Assembly: GCA_964016885.1 (NCBI GenBank)
Contig: OZ024742.1
Span: 342,798,001 to 342,862,000 of the forward strand
Reading direction: 5' to 3'
Origin: Eledone cirrhosa
Lineage: Eukaryota
Length of the DNA stretch: 64,000 nucleotides
A model generated the notes under the pieces. The model was not told the DNA's origin and did not search any database. It saw only the letters and a list, made by a program, of their open reading frames with translations. Below, piece after piece: positions 14,501-28,540 of this stretch. The stretch's first letter is position 1. The number at the start of each line of letters is the position of its first letter. A program made the position numbers and the translations under genes.

Positions 14501-17500
14501 TGTGATCTCCAGTGGTATGAAGTATGTGATCTACAGTGGTATGAAGTATGTGATCTCCAGTGGTATGAAGTATGTGATCTCCAGTGGTATGAAGTATGTC
14601 AGCTCCAGTGGTATGAAGAATGTGATATCCTGTGGTATGAAGTATATGATCTACAGTGGTATGAAGTATGTGATCTACAGTGGTATGAAGTATGTGATCT
14701 ACAGTGGTATGAAGTATGTGATCTCCAGTGGTATGAAGTATGTGATCTCCAGTGGTATGAAGTATGTGATCTACAGTGGTATGAAGTATGTGATATCCTG
14801 TGGTATGAAGTATGTGATCTCCAGTGGTATGAAGTATGTGATCTCCAGTGGTATGAAGTATGTGATCTCCAGTGGTATGAAGTATGTGATCTACAGTGGT
14901 ATGAAGTATGTGATCTCCAGTGGTATGAAGTATGTGATATCCTGTGGTATGAAGTATGTGATCTATAGTGGTATGAAGTATGTGATCTCCAGTGGTATGA
15001 AGTATGTGATATCCTGTGGTATGAAGTATGTGATCTCCAGTGGTATGAAGTATGTGATCTCCAGCGGTATGAAGTATGTGATATCCTGTGGTATGAAGTA
15101 TGTGATCTCCAGTGGTATGAAATATGTGATCTATCGTGGTATGAAGTATGTGATCTCCAGTGGTACGAAGTATGTGATCTCCAGTGGTATGAAGTATGTG
15201 ATCTCCAGTGGTATGAAGTATCTCAGCTCCAGTGGTATGAAGTATGTGATCTCCAGTGGTATAAAGTATGTGATCTCCAGTGGTATGAGGTATGTCAGCT
15301 CCAGTGGTATGAAGTATGTGATATCCTGTGGTATGAAGTATGTGATCTCCAGTGGTATGAAGTATGTGATCTACAGTGGTATGAAGTATGTGATCTACAG
15401 TGGTATGAAGTATGTGATCTACCGTGGTATGAAGTATGTGATCTCCAGTGGTATGAAGTATGTAATCTACAGTGGTATGAAGTATGTGATCTCCAGTGGT
15501 ATGAAGTATGTGATCTCCTGTGGTATGAAATATGTCAGCTCCAGTGGTATGAAGTATGTGATCTCCAGTGGTATGAAGTATGTGATCTCCAGTGGTATGA
15601 AATATGTGATCTACAGTGGTATGAAGTATGTGATCTCCAGTGGTATGAAGTATGTGATCTCCAGTGGTATGAAGTATGTGATCTCCAGTGGTATGAAGTA
15701 TGTGATCTCCAGTGGTATGAAGTATGTGATATCCTGTGGTATGAAGTATGTGATCTCCAGTGGTATGAAGTATGTCAGCTCCAGTGGTATGAAGTATGTG
15801 ATCTCCAGTGGTATGAAATATGTGATCTACAGTGGTATGAAGTATGTTAGCTCCAGTGGTATGAAGTATGTGATCTACAGTGGTATGAAGTATGTCCGCT
15901 CCAGTGGTATGAAGTATGTGATCTGCAGTGGTATGAAGTATGTGATCTCCTGTGGTATGAAGTATGTGATCTACAGTGGTATGAAGTATGTGGTCTACAG
16001 TGGTATGAAGTATGTGATCTACAGTGGTATGAAGTATGTGATCTACAGTGGTATGATGTATGTGATCTACAGTGGTATGAAGTATGTGATCTCCAGTGGT
16101 ATGAAGTATGTCAGCTCCAGTGGTATGAAGTATGTGATCTACAGTGGTATGAAGTATGTGATCTCCAGTGGTATGAAGTATGTGATCTCCGGTGGTATGA
16201 AGTATGTGATCTCCAGTGGTATGAAGTATGTGATCTCCATTGGTATGAAGTATGTGATCTACAGTGGTATGAAGTATGTCAGCTCCAGTGGTATGAAGTA
16301 TGTGATCTACAGTGGTATGAAGTATGTGATCTACAGTGGTATGAAGTATGTGATCTACAGTGGTATGAAGTATGTCAGCTCCAGTGGTATGAAGTATATG
16401 ATCTACAGTGGTATGAAGTATGCGATCTACAGTGGTATGAAGTATGTGATCTCCTGTGGTATGAAGTATGTGATCTACAGTGGTATGAAGTATGTTAGCT
16501 CCTGTGGTATGAAGTATGTGATCTCCAGTGGTATGAAGTATGTGATCTAAAGTGGTATGAAGTATGTGATCTACAGTGGTATGAAGTATGTGATCTCCAG
16601 TGGTATGAAGTATGTAATCTACAGTGGTATGAAGTATGTGATCTCCAGTGGTATGAAGTATGTGATCTCCTGTGGTATGAAATATGTCAGCTCCAGTGGT
16701 ATGAAGTATGTGATCTCCAGTGGTATGAAGTATGTGATCTCCAATGGTATGAAATATGTGATCTACAGTGGTATGAAGTATGTGATCTCCAGTGGTATGA
16801 AGTATGTGATCTCCAGTGGTATGAAGTATGTGATCTCCAGTGGTATGAAGTATGTGATCTCCAGTGGTATGAAGTATGTGATATCCTGTGGTATGAAGTA
16901 TGTGATCTCCAGTGGTATGAAGTATGTCAGCTCCAGTGGTATGAAGTATGTTAGCTCCAGTGGTATGAAGTATGTGATCTACAGTGGTATGAAGTATGTC
17001 AGCTCCAGTGGTATGAAGTATGTGATCTCCAGTGGTATGAAGTATATGATCTCCTGTGGTATGAAGTATGTGATCTACAGTGGTATGAAGTATGTGATCT
17101 ACAGTGGTATGAAGTATGTCAGCTCCAGTGGTATGAAGTATGTGATCTACAGTGGTATGAAGTATGTGATATCCAGTGGTATGAAGTATGTCAGCTCCAG
17201 TGGTATGAAGTATGTGATCTCCAGTGGTATGAAGTATGTGATATCCAGTGGTATGAAGTATGTCAGCTCCAGTGGTATGAAGTATGTGATCTCCTGTGGT
17301 ATGAAGTATGGGATCTACAGTGGTATGAAGTATGTGATCTCCAGTGGTATGAAGTATGTGATCTACAGTGGTATGAAGTATGTAATCTCCAGTGGTATGA
17401 AGTATGTGATCTCCAGTGGTATGAAGTATGTGATCTACAGTGGTATGAAGTATGTGATCTCCAGTGGTATGAAGTATGTCAGCTCCAGTGGTATGAAGTA

Positions 17501-20500
17501 TGTGATCTCCTGTGGTATGAAGTATGTGATCTACAGTGGTATGAAGTATGTGATCTCCAGTGGTATGAAGTATGTGATCTACAGTGGAATGAAGTATGTA
17601 ATCTCCAGTGGTATGAAGTATGTGATCTACAGTGGTATGAAGTATGTGATCTCCAGTGGTATGAAGTATGTGATCTACAGTGGTATGAAGTATGTAATCT
17701 CCAGTGGTATGAAGTATGTGATCTGCAGTGGTATGAAGTATGTGATCTCCAGTGGTATGAAGTATGTCAGCTCCAGTGGTATGAAGTATGTGATCTCCTG
17801 TGGTATGAAGTATGTGATCTACAGTGGTATGAAGTATGTGATCTCCAGTGGTATGAAGTATGTGATCTACAGTGGTATGAAGTATGTGATCTACAATGGT
17901 ATGAAGTATGTGATCTCCAGTGGTATGAAGTATGTTAGCTCCAGTGGTATGAAGTGTGTGATCTCCAGTGGTATGAAGTATGTCAGCTCCTCTGGTATGA
18001 AGTATGTGATCTCCAGTGGTATGAAGTATGTGATCTCCTGTGGTATGAAGTATGTGATCCCCAGTGGTATGAAGTATGTGTCTCCAGTGGTATGAAGTAT
18101 GTGATCTACAGTGGTATGAAGTATGTGATATCCTGTGGTATGAAGTATGTGATCTGCAGTGGTATGAAGTATGTGATCTCCAGTGGTATGAAGTATGTGA
18201 TCTACAGTGGTATGAAGTATGTGATCTCCAGTGGTATGAAGTATGTGATAACCTGTGGTATGAAGTATGTGATATCCTGTGGTATGAAGTATGTGATCTA
18301 CAGTGGTATGAAGTATGTGATCTCCAGTGGTATGAAGTATGTGATAACCTGTGGTATGAAGTATGTGATATCCTGTGGTATGAAGTATGTGATCTACAGT
18401 GGTGTGAAGTATGTGATCTCGAGTGGTATGAAGTATGTGATATCCTGTGGTATGTAGTATGTGATATCCAGTGGTATGAAGTATGTGATCTTCAGTGGTA
18501 TGAAGTATGTGATCTACAGTGGTATGAAGTACGTAATCTCCAGTGGTATGAAGTATGTGATCTACAGTGGTATGAAGTATGTGATCTACGGTGGTATGAA
18601 GTATGTGATCTACAGTGGTATGAAGTATGTGATCTCCAGTGGTATGAAGTATGTAATATACAGTGGTATGAAGTATGTGATCTCCAGTGGTATGAAGTAT
18701 GTGATCTCCTGTGGTATCAAATATGTCAGCTCCAGTGGTATGAAGTATGTGATCTCCAGTGGTATGAAGTATGTGATCTACAGTGGTATGAAGTATGTGA
18801 TCTCCAGTGGTATGAAGTATGTGATCTCCAGTGGTATGAAGTATGTGATCTCCAGTGGTATGAAGTATGTGATCTCCAGTGGTATGAAGTATGTTATATC
18901 CTGTGGTATGAAGTATGTGATCTCCAGTGGTATGAAATATGTGATCTACAGTGGTATGAAGTATGTGATCTCCAGTGGTATGAAGTATGTGATCTCCAGT
19001 GGTATGAAGTATGTGATCTCCAGTGGTATGAAGTATGTGATCTCCAGTGGAATGATGTATGTGATATCCTGTGGTATGAAGTATGTGATCTCCAGTGGTA
19101 TGAAGTATGTCAGCTCCAGTGGTATGAAGTATGTGATCTCCAGTGGTATGAAATATGTGATCTACAGTGGTATGAAGTATGTTAGCTCCAGTGGTATGAA
19201 GTATGTGATCTACAGTGGTATGAAGTATGTCAGCTCCAGTGGTATGAAGTATGTGATCTCCAGTGGTATGAATTATGTGATCTCCTGTGGTATGAAGTAT
19301 GTGATCTACAGTGGTATGAAGTATGTGATCTACAGTGGTATGAAGTATGTGATCTACAGTGGTATGAAGTATGTGATCTCCAGTGGTATGAAGTATGTGA
19401 TCTCCAGTGATATGAAATATGTGATCTCCAGTGGTATGAAGTATGTGATCTCCAGTGGTATGAAGTATGTCATATCCTGTGGTATGAAGTATGTGATCTA
19501 CAGTGGTATGAAGTATGTGATCTCCAGTGGTATGAAGTATGTGATATCCAGTGGTATGAAGTATGTGATCTACAGTGGTATGAAGTATGTCAGCTCCAGT
19601 GGTATGAAGTATGTGATCTCCTGTGGTATGAAGTATGTGATCTAAAGTGGTATGAAGTATGTGATCTCCAGTGGTATGAAGTATGTGATCTACAGTGGTA
19701 TGAAGTATGTGATCTCCTGTGGTATGAAGTATGTGATCTCCAGTGGTATGAAGTATGTCAGCTCCAGTGGTATGAAGTATGTGATCTCCAGTGGTATGAA
19801 GTATGTGATCTCCAGTGGTATGAAGTATGTCAGCTCCAGTGGTATGATGTATGTGATCTCCTGTGGTATGAAGTATGTGATCTACAGTGGTATGAAGTAT
19901 GTGATCTCCAGTGGTATGAAATATGTGATCTACAGTGGTATGAAGTATGTAATCTCCAGTGGTATGAAGTATGTGATCTCCAGTGGTATGAAGTATGTGA
20001 TCTACAGTGGTAGGAAGTATGTGATCTCCAGTGGTATGAAGTATGTCGGCTCCAGTGGTATGAAGTATGTGATCTCCTGTGGTATGAAGTATGTGATCTA
20101 CAGTGGTATGAAGTATGTGATCTCCAGTGGTATGAAGTATGTGATCTACAGTGGAATGAAGTATGTAATCTCCAGTGGTATGAAGTATGTGATCTACAGT
20201 GGTATGAAGTATGTGATCTCCAGTGGTATGAAGTATGTGATCTACAGTGGTATGAAGTATGTAATCTCCAGTGGTATGAAGTATGTGATCTGCAGTGGTA
20301 TGAAGTATGTGATCTCCAGTGGTATGAAGTATGTCAGCTCCAGTGGTATGAAGTATGTGATCTCCTGTGGTATGAAGTATGTGATCTACAGTGGTATGAA
20401 GTATGTGATCTCCAGTGGTATGAAGTATGTGATCTACAGTGGTATGAAGTATGTGATCTACAGTGGTATGAAGTATGTGATCTCCAGTGGTATGAAGTAT

Positions 20501-23500
20501 GTTAGCTCCAGTGGTATGAAGTGTGTGATCTCCAGTGGTATGAAGTATGTCAGCTCCTCTGGTATGAAGTATGTGATCTCCAGTGGTATGAAGTATGTGA
20601 TCTCCTGTGGTATGAAGTATGTGATCCCCAGTGGTATGGAGTATGTGTCTCCAGTGGTATGAAGTATGTGATCTACAGTGGTATGAAGTATGTGATATCC
20701 TGTGGTATGAAGTATGTGATCTACAGTGGTATGAAGTATGTGATCTCCAGTGGTATGAAGTATGTGATCTCCAGTGGTATGAAGTATGTGATCTCCAGTG
20801 GTATGAAGTATGTGATAACCTGTGGTATGAAGTATGTGATATCCTGTGGTATGAAGTATGTGATCTACAGTGGTATGAAGTATGTGATCTCCAGTGGTAT
20901 GAAGTATGTGATAACCTGTGGTATGAAGTATGTGATATCCTGTGGTATGAAGTATGTGATCTACAGTGGTATGAAGTATGTGATCTCCAGTGGTATGAAG
21001 TATGTGATATCCTGTGGTATGAAGTATGTGATATCCAGTGGTATGAAGTATGTGATCTTCAGTGGTATGAAGTATGTGATCTACAGTGGTATGAAGTATG
21101 TAATCTCCAGTGGTATGAAGTATATGATCTACAGTGGTATGAAGTATGTGATCTACAGTGGTATGAAGTATGTGATCTACAGTGGTATGAAGTATGTGAT
21201 CTCCAGTGGTATGAAGTATGTAATCTACAGTGGTATGAAGTATGTGATCTCCTGTGGTATGAAATATGTCAGCTCCAGTGGTATGAAGTATGTGATCTCC
21301 AGTGGTATGAAGTATGTGATCTCCAGTGGTATGAAATATGTGATCTCCAGTGGTATGAAGTATGTGATTTCCTGTGGTATGAAATATGTCAGCTCCAGTG
21401 CTATGAAGTATGTGATCTCCAGTGGTATGAAGTATGTGATCTACAGTGGTATGAAGTATGTGATCTCCAGTGGTATGAAGTATGTGATCTCCAGTGGTAT
21501 GAAGTATGTGATCTCCAGTGGTATGAAGTATGTGATCTCCAGTGGTATGAAGTATGTGATATCCTGTGGTATGAAGTATGTGATCTCCAGTGATATGAAA
21601 TATGTGATCTACAGTGGTATGAAGTATGTGATCTCCTCTGGTATGAAGTATGTGATCTCCAGTGGTATGAAGTATGTGATCTCCTGTGGTATGAAGTATG
21701 TGATCCCCAGTGGTATGAAGTATGTGATCTACAGTGGTATGAAGTATGTGATCTCCAGTGGTATGAAGTATGTGATCTACAGTGGTATGAAGTATGTGAT
21801 CTCCAGTGGTATGAAGTATGTGATAACCTGTGGTATGAAGTATGTTAGCTCCAGTGGTATGAAGTGTGTGATCTCCAGTGGTATGAAGTATGTCAGCTCC
21901 TCTGGTATGAAGTATGTGATCTCCAGTGGTATGAAGTATGTGATCTACAGTGGTATGAAGTATGTGATATCCTGTGGTATGAAGCATGTGATCTACAGTG
22001 GTATGAAGTATGTGATCTCCAGTGGTATGAAGTATGTGATCTACAGTGGTATGAAGTATGTGATCTACAGTGGTATGAAGTATGTGATAACCTGTGGTAT
22101 GAAGTATGTGATATCCTGTGGTATGAAGTATGTGATCTACAGTGGTATGAAGTATGTGATCTCCAGTGGTATGAAGTATGTGATAACCTGTGGTATGAAG
22201 TATGTGATATCCTGTGGTATGAAGTATGTGATCTACAGTGGTATGAAGTATGTGATCTCCAGTGGTATGAAGTATGTGAGATCCTGTGGTATGAAGTATG
22301 TGATATCCAGTGGTATGAGGTATGTGATATTCAGTGGTATGAAGTATGTGATCTACAGTGGTATGAAGTATGTAATCTCCAGTGGTATGAAGTATGTGAT
22401 CTACAGTGGTATGAAGTATGTGATCTACAGTGGTATGAAGTATGTGATCTACCGTGGTATGAAGTATGTGATCTCCAGTGGTATGAAGTATGTGATCTCC
22501 AGTGGTATGAAGTATGTGATCTCCTGTGGTATGAAATATGTCAGCTCCAGTGGTATGAAGTATGTGATCTCCAGTGGTATGAAGTATGTGATCTCCAGTG
22601 GTATGAAATATGTGATCTACATTGGTATGAAGTATGTGATCTCCAGTGGTATGAAGTATGTGATCTCCAGTGGTATGAAGTATGTGATCTCCAGTGGTAT
22701 GAAGTATGTGATCTCCAGTGGTATGAAGTATGTGATATCCTGTGGTATGAAGTATGTGATCTCCAGTGGTATGAAGTATGTCAGCTCCAGTGGTATGAAG
22801 TATGTGATCTCCAGTGGTATGAAATATGTGATCTACAGTGGTATGTAGTATGTTAGCTCCAGTGGTATGAAGTATGTGATCTACAGTGGTATGAAGTATG
22901 TCAGCTCCAGTGGTATGAAGTATGTGATCTGCAGTGGTATGAAGTATGTGATCTCCTGTGGTATGAAGTATGTGATCTACAGTGGTATGAAGTATGTGGT
23001 CTACAGTGGTATGAAGTATGTGATCTACAGTGGTATGAAGTATGTGATCTACAGTGGTATGAAGTATGTGATCTACAGTGGTATGAAGTATGTGATCTCC
23101 AGTGGTATGAAGTATGTCAGCTCCAGTGGTATGAAGTATGTGATCTACAGTGGTATGAAGTATGTGATCTCCAGTGGTATGAAGTATGTGATCTCCGGTT
23201 GTATGAAGTATGTGATCTCCAGTGGTATGAAGTATGTGATCTCCATTGGTATGAAGTATGTGATCTACAGTGGTATGAAGTATGTCAGCTCCAGTGGTAT
23301 GAAGTATGTGATCTACAGTGGTATGAAGTATGTGATCTACAGTGGTATGAAGTATGTGATCTACAGTGGTATGAAGTATGTCAGCTCCAGTGGTATGAAG
23401 TATATGATCTACAGTGGTATGAAGGATGCGATCTACAGTGGTATGAAGTATGTGATCTCCTGTGGTATGAAGTATGTGATCTACAGTGGTATGAAGTATG

Positions 23501-26500
23501 TTAGCTCCTGTGGTATGAAGTATGTGATCTCCAGTGGTATGAAGTATGTGATCTAAAGTGGTATGAAGTATGTGATCTACAGTGGTATGAAGTATGTGAT
23601 ATCCTGTGATATGAAGTATGTGATATCCTGTGGTATGAAGTATGTGATCTAAAGTGGTATGAAGTATGTGATCTACAGTGGTATGAAGTACGTGATATCC
23701 TGTGATATGAAGTATGTGATATCCTGTGGTATGAAGTATGTGATATCCTGTGGTATGAAGTATGTGATCTCCAGTGGTATGAAGTATGTCAACTCCAGTG
23801 GTATGAAGTATGTGATCTCCAGTGGTATGAAGTATGTGATCTCCAGTGGTATGAAGTATGTCAGCTCCAGTGGTATGAAGTATGTGATATCCTGTGGTAT
23901 GAAGTATGTGATCTACAGTGGTATGAAGTATGTGATCTACAGTGGTATGAAGTATGTGATCTACAGTGGTATGAAGTATGTGATCTCCAGTGGTATGAAG
24001 TATGTGATCTCCAGTGGTATGAAGTATGTGATCTACAGTGGTATGAAGTATGTGATCTCCAGTGGTATGAAGTATGTGATCTCCAGTGGTATGAAGTATG
24101 TGATCTCCAGTGGTATGAAGTATGTGATCTACAGTGGTATGAAGTATGTGATCTCCAGTGGTATGAAGTATGTGATATCCTGTGGTATGAAGTATGTGAT
24201 CTATAGTGGTATGAAGTATGTGATCTCCAGTGGTATGAAGTATGTGATCTCCAGTGGTATGAAGTATGTGATCTCCAGTGGTATGAAGTATCTCAGCTCC
24301 AGTGGTATGAAGTATGTGATCTCCAGTGGTATAAAGTATGTGATCTCCAGTGGTATGAGGTATGTCAGCTCCAGTGGTATGAAGTATGTGATATCCTGTG
24401 GTATGAAGTATGTGATCTACAGTGGTATGAAGTATGTGATCTACAGTGGTATGAAGTATGTCAGCTCCAGTGGTATGAAGTATGTGACCTCCAGTGGTAT
24501 GAAGTATGTGATCTCCAGTGGTATGAAGTATGTCAGCTCCAGTGGTATGAAGTATGTGATCTCCAGTGGTATTAAGTATGTGATCTCCAGTGGTATGAAG
24601 TATGTCAGCTCCTGTGGTATGAAGTATGTGATCTCCAGTGGTATGAAGTATGTCAGCTCCAGTGGTATGAAGTATGTGATCTCCAGTGGTATGAAGTATG
24701 TGATCTGCTGTGGTATGAAGTATGTGATCTCCAGTGGTATGAAGTATATGATCTACAGTGGTATGAAGTATGTGATCTCCAGTGGTATGAAGTATATGAT
24801 CTACAGTGGTATGAAGTATGTGATATCCTGTGGTATGAAGTATGTGATCTACAGTGGTATGAAGTATGTGATCTCCAGTGGTATGAAGTATGTGATCTAC
24901 AGGTGTATGAAGTCTGTGATCTCCAGTGGTATGAAGTATGTGATAACCTGTGGTATGAAGTATGTGATATCCTGTGGTATGAAGTATGTGATCTACAGTG
25001 GTATGAAGTATGTGATCTCCAGTGGTATGAAGTATGTGATAACCTGTGGTATGAAGAATGTGATATCCTGTGGTATGAAGTATGTGATCTACAGTGCTAT
25101 GAAGTATGTGATCTCAAGTGGTATGAAGTATGTGATATCCTGTGGTATGAAGTATGTGATATCCAGTGGTATGAAGTATGTGATCTACAGTGGTATGAAG
25201 TATGTGATCTACAGTGGTATGAAGTATGTGATCTCCAGTGGTATGAAGTATGTGATATCCTGTGGTATGAAGTATGTGATCTCCAGTGGCATGAAGTATG
25301 TGATCTACAGTGGTATGAAGTATGTAATCTCCAGTGGTATGAAGTATGTGATCTCCAGTGGTATGAAGTATGTGATCTCCAGTGGTATGAAGTATGTGAT
25401 CTACAGTGGTATGAAGTATGTAATCTCCAGTGGTATGAAGTATGTGATCTACAGTGGTATGAAGTATGTGATCTACAGTGGTATGAAGTATGTGATCTAC
25501 AGTGGTATGAAGTATGTGATCTCCAGTGGTATGAAGTATGTAATCTACAGTGGTATGAAGTATGTGATCTCCAGTGGTATGAAGTATGTCAGCTCCAGTG
25601 GTATGAAGTATGTGATCTCCAGTGGTATGAAGTATGTGATCTCCAGTGGTATGAAGTATGTGATCTCCACTGGTATGAAATATGTGATCTACAGTGGTAT
25701 GAAGTATGTGATCTCCAGTGGTATGAAGTATGTGATCTCCAGTGGTATGAAGTATGTGATTTCCAGTGGTATGAAATATGTGATCTCCAGTGGTATGAAG
25801 TATGTGATATCCTGTGGTATGAAGTATGTCAGATCCAGTGGTATGTAGTATGTGATCTCCAGTGGTATGAAATATGTGATCTACAGTGGTATGAAGTATG
25901 TGATCTACAGTGGTATGAAGTATGTGATCTACAGTGGTATGAAGTATGTGATCTCCTGTGGTATGAAATATGTCAGCTCCAGTGGTATGAAGTATGTGAT
26001 CTCCAGTGGTATGAAGTATGTGATCTCCAGTGCTATGAAGTATGTAATCTACAGTGGTATGAAGTATGTGATCTCCAGTGGTATGAAGTATGTGATCTCC
26101 TGTGGTATGAAATATGTCAGCTCCAGTGGTATGAAGTATGTGATCTCCAGTGGTATGAAGTATGTGATCTCCAGTGGTATGAAATATGTGATCTCCAGTG
26201 GTATGAAGTATGTGATCTCCAGTGGTATGAAGTATGTGATCTCCAGTGGTATGAAGTATGTGATCTCCAGTGGTATGAAGTATGTGATATCCTGTGGTAT
26301 GAAGTATGTGATCTCCAGTGGTATGAAGTATGTCAGCTCCAGTGGTATGAAGTATGTGATCTCCAGTGGTATGAAATATGTGATCTACAGTGGTATGAAG
26401 TATGTTAGCTCCAGTGGTATGAAGTATGTGATCTACAGTGGTATGAAGTATGTCAGCTCCAGTGGTATGAAGTATGTGATCTCCAGTGGTATGAAGTATG

Positions 26501-28540
26501 TGATCTACAGTGGTATGAAGTATGTGATCTCCAGTGGTATGAAGTATGTGATCTCCAGTGGTATGAAGTATGTCAGCTCCAGTGGTATGAAGAATGTGAT
26601 ATCCTGTGGTATGAAGTATATGATCTACAGTGGTATGAAGTATGTGATCTACAGTGGTATGAAGTATGTGATCTACAGTGGTATGAAGTATGTGATCTCC
26701 AGTGGTATGAAGTATGTGATCTCCAGTGGTATGAAGTATGTGATCTACAGTGGTATGAAGTATGTGATATCATGTGGTATGAAGTATGTGATCTCCAGTG
26801 GTATGAAGTATGTGATCTCCAGTGGTATGAAGTATGTGATCTCCAGTGGTATGAAGTATGTGATCTACAGTGGTATGAAGTATGTGATCTCCAGTGGTAT
26901 GAAGTATGTGATATCCTGTGGTATGAAGTATGTGATCTATAGTGGTATGAAGTATGTGATCTCCAGTGGTATGAAGTATGTGATATCCTGTGGTATGAAG
27001 TATGTGATCTCCAGTGGTATGAAGTATGTGATCTCCAGTGGTATGAAGTATGTGATATCCTGTGGTATGAAGTATGTGATCTCCAGTGGTATGAAATATG
27101 TGATCTATAGTGGTATGAAGTATGTGATCTCCAGTGGTACGAAGTATGTGATCTCCAGTGGTATGAAGTATGTGATCTCCAGTGGTATGAAGTATCTCAG
27201 CTCCAGTGGTATGAAGTATGTGATCTCCAGTGGTATAAAGTATGTGATCTCCAGTGGTATGAGGTATGTCAGCTCCAGTGGTATGAAGTATGTGATATCC
27301 TGTGGTATGAAGTATGTGATCTCCAGTGGTATGAAGTATGTGATCTACAGTGGTATGAAGTATGTGATCTACAGTGGTATGAAGTATGTGATCTACCGTG
27401 GTATGAAGTATGTGATCTCCAGTGGTATGAAGTATGTAATCTACAGTGGTATGAAGTATGTGATCTCCAGTGGTATGAAGTATGTGATCTCCTGTGGTAT
27501 GAAATATGTCAGCTCCAGTGGTATGAAGTATGTGATCTCCAGTGGTATGAAGTATGTGATCTCCAGTGGTATGAAATATGTGATCTACAGTGGTATGAAG
27601 TATGAAGTATGTGATCTCCAGTGGTATGAAGTATGTGATCTCCAGTGGTATGAAGTATGTGATCTCCAGTGGTATGAAGTATGTGATCTCCAGTGGTATG
27701 AAGTATGTGATATCCTGTGGTATGAAGTATGTGATCTCCAGTGGTATGAAGTATGTCAGCTCCAGTGGTATGAAGTATGTGATCTCCAGTGGTATGAAAT
27801 ATGTGATCTACAGTGGTATGAAGTATGTTAGCTCCAGTGGTATGAAGTATGTGATCTACAGTGGTATGAAGTATGTCCGCTCCAGTGGTATGAAGTATGT
27901 GATCTGCAGTGGTATGAAGTATGTGATCTCCTGTGGTATGAAGTATGTGATCTACAGTGGTATGAAGTATGTGGTCTACAGTGGTATGAAGTATGTGATC
28001 TACAGTGGTATGAAGTATGTGATCTACAGTGGTATGAAGTATGTGATCTACAGTGGTATGAAGTATGTGATCTCCAGTGGTATGAAGTATGTCAGCTCCA
28101 GTGGTATGAAGTATGTGATCTACAGTGGTATGAAGTATGTGATCTCCAGTGGTATGAAGTATGTGATCTCCGGTGGTATGAAGTATGTGATCTCCAGTGG
28201 TATGAAGTATGTGATCTCCATTGGTATGAAGTATGTGATCTACAGTGGTATGAAGTATGTCAGCTCCAGTGGTATGAAGTATGTGATCTACAGTGGTATG
28301 AAGTATGTGATCTACAGTGGTATGAAGTATGTGATCTACAGTGGTATGAAGTATGTCAGCTCCAGTGGTATGAAGTATATGATCTACAGTGGTATGAAGT
28401 ATGCGATCTACAGTGGTATGAAGTATGTGATCTCCTGTGGTATGAAGTATGTGATCTACAGTGGTATGAAGTATGTTAGCTCCTGTGGTATGAAGTATGT
28501 GATCTCCAGTGGTATGAAGTATGTGATCTAAAGTGGTATG
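4272..28540. repeat. About 12-kb tandem higher-order duplication (4272-16556 versus 16557-~28540)
   Basis: Private markers occur in the same order: TACAATGG (~5607/~17892), GGTGTGAAG+CTCGAG (~6116-6138/~18401-18423), TACGTA, ATCAAA, TCGGCT, ATGGAG, AAGCATG (10587/21985). ORF-track offsets of 12285, 12405, 11374, 11974 and 11981 differ by whole monomers plus the mapped indels. Confidence 0.9.
27594..27607 (+). other. 31-bp monomer: 7-bp slippage duplication TATGAAG-TATGAAG
   Basis: The sequence reads tggTATGAAGTATGAAGtatgtgatc at 27591-27616 and shifts the phase by +7. Confidence 0.95.
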
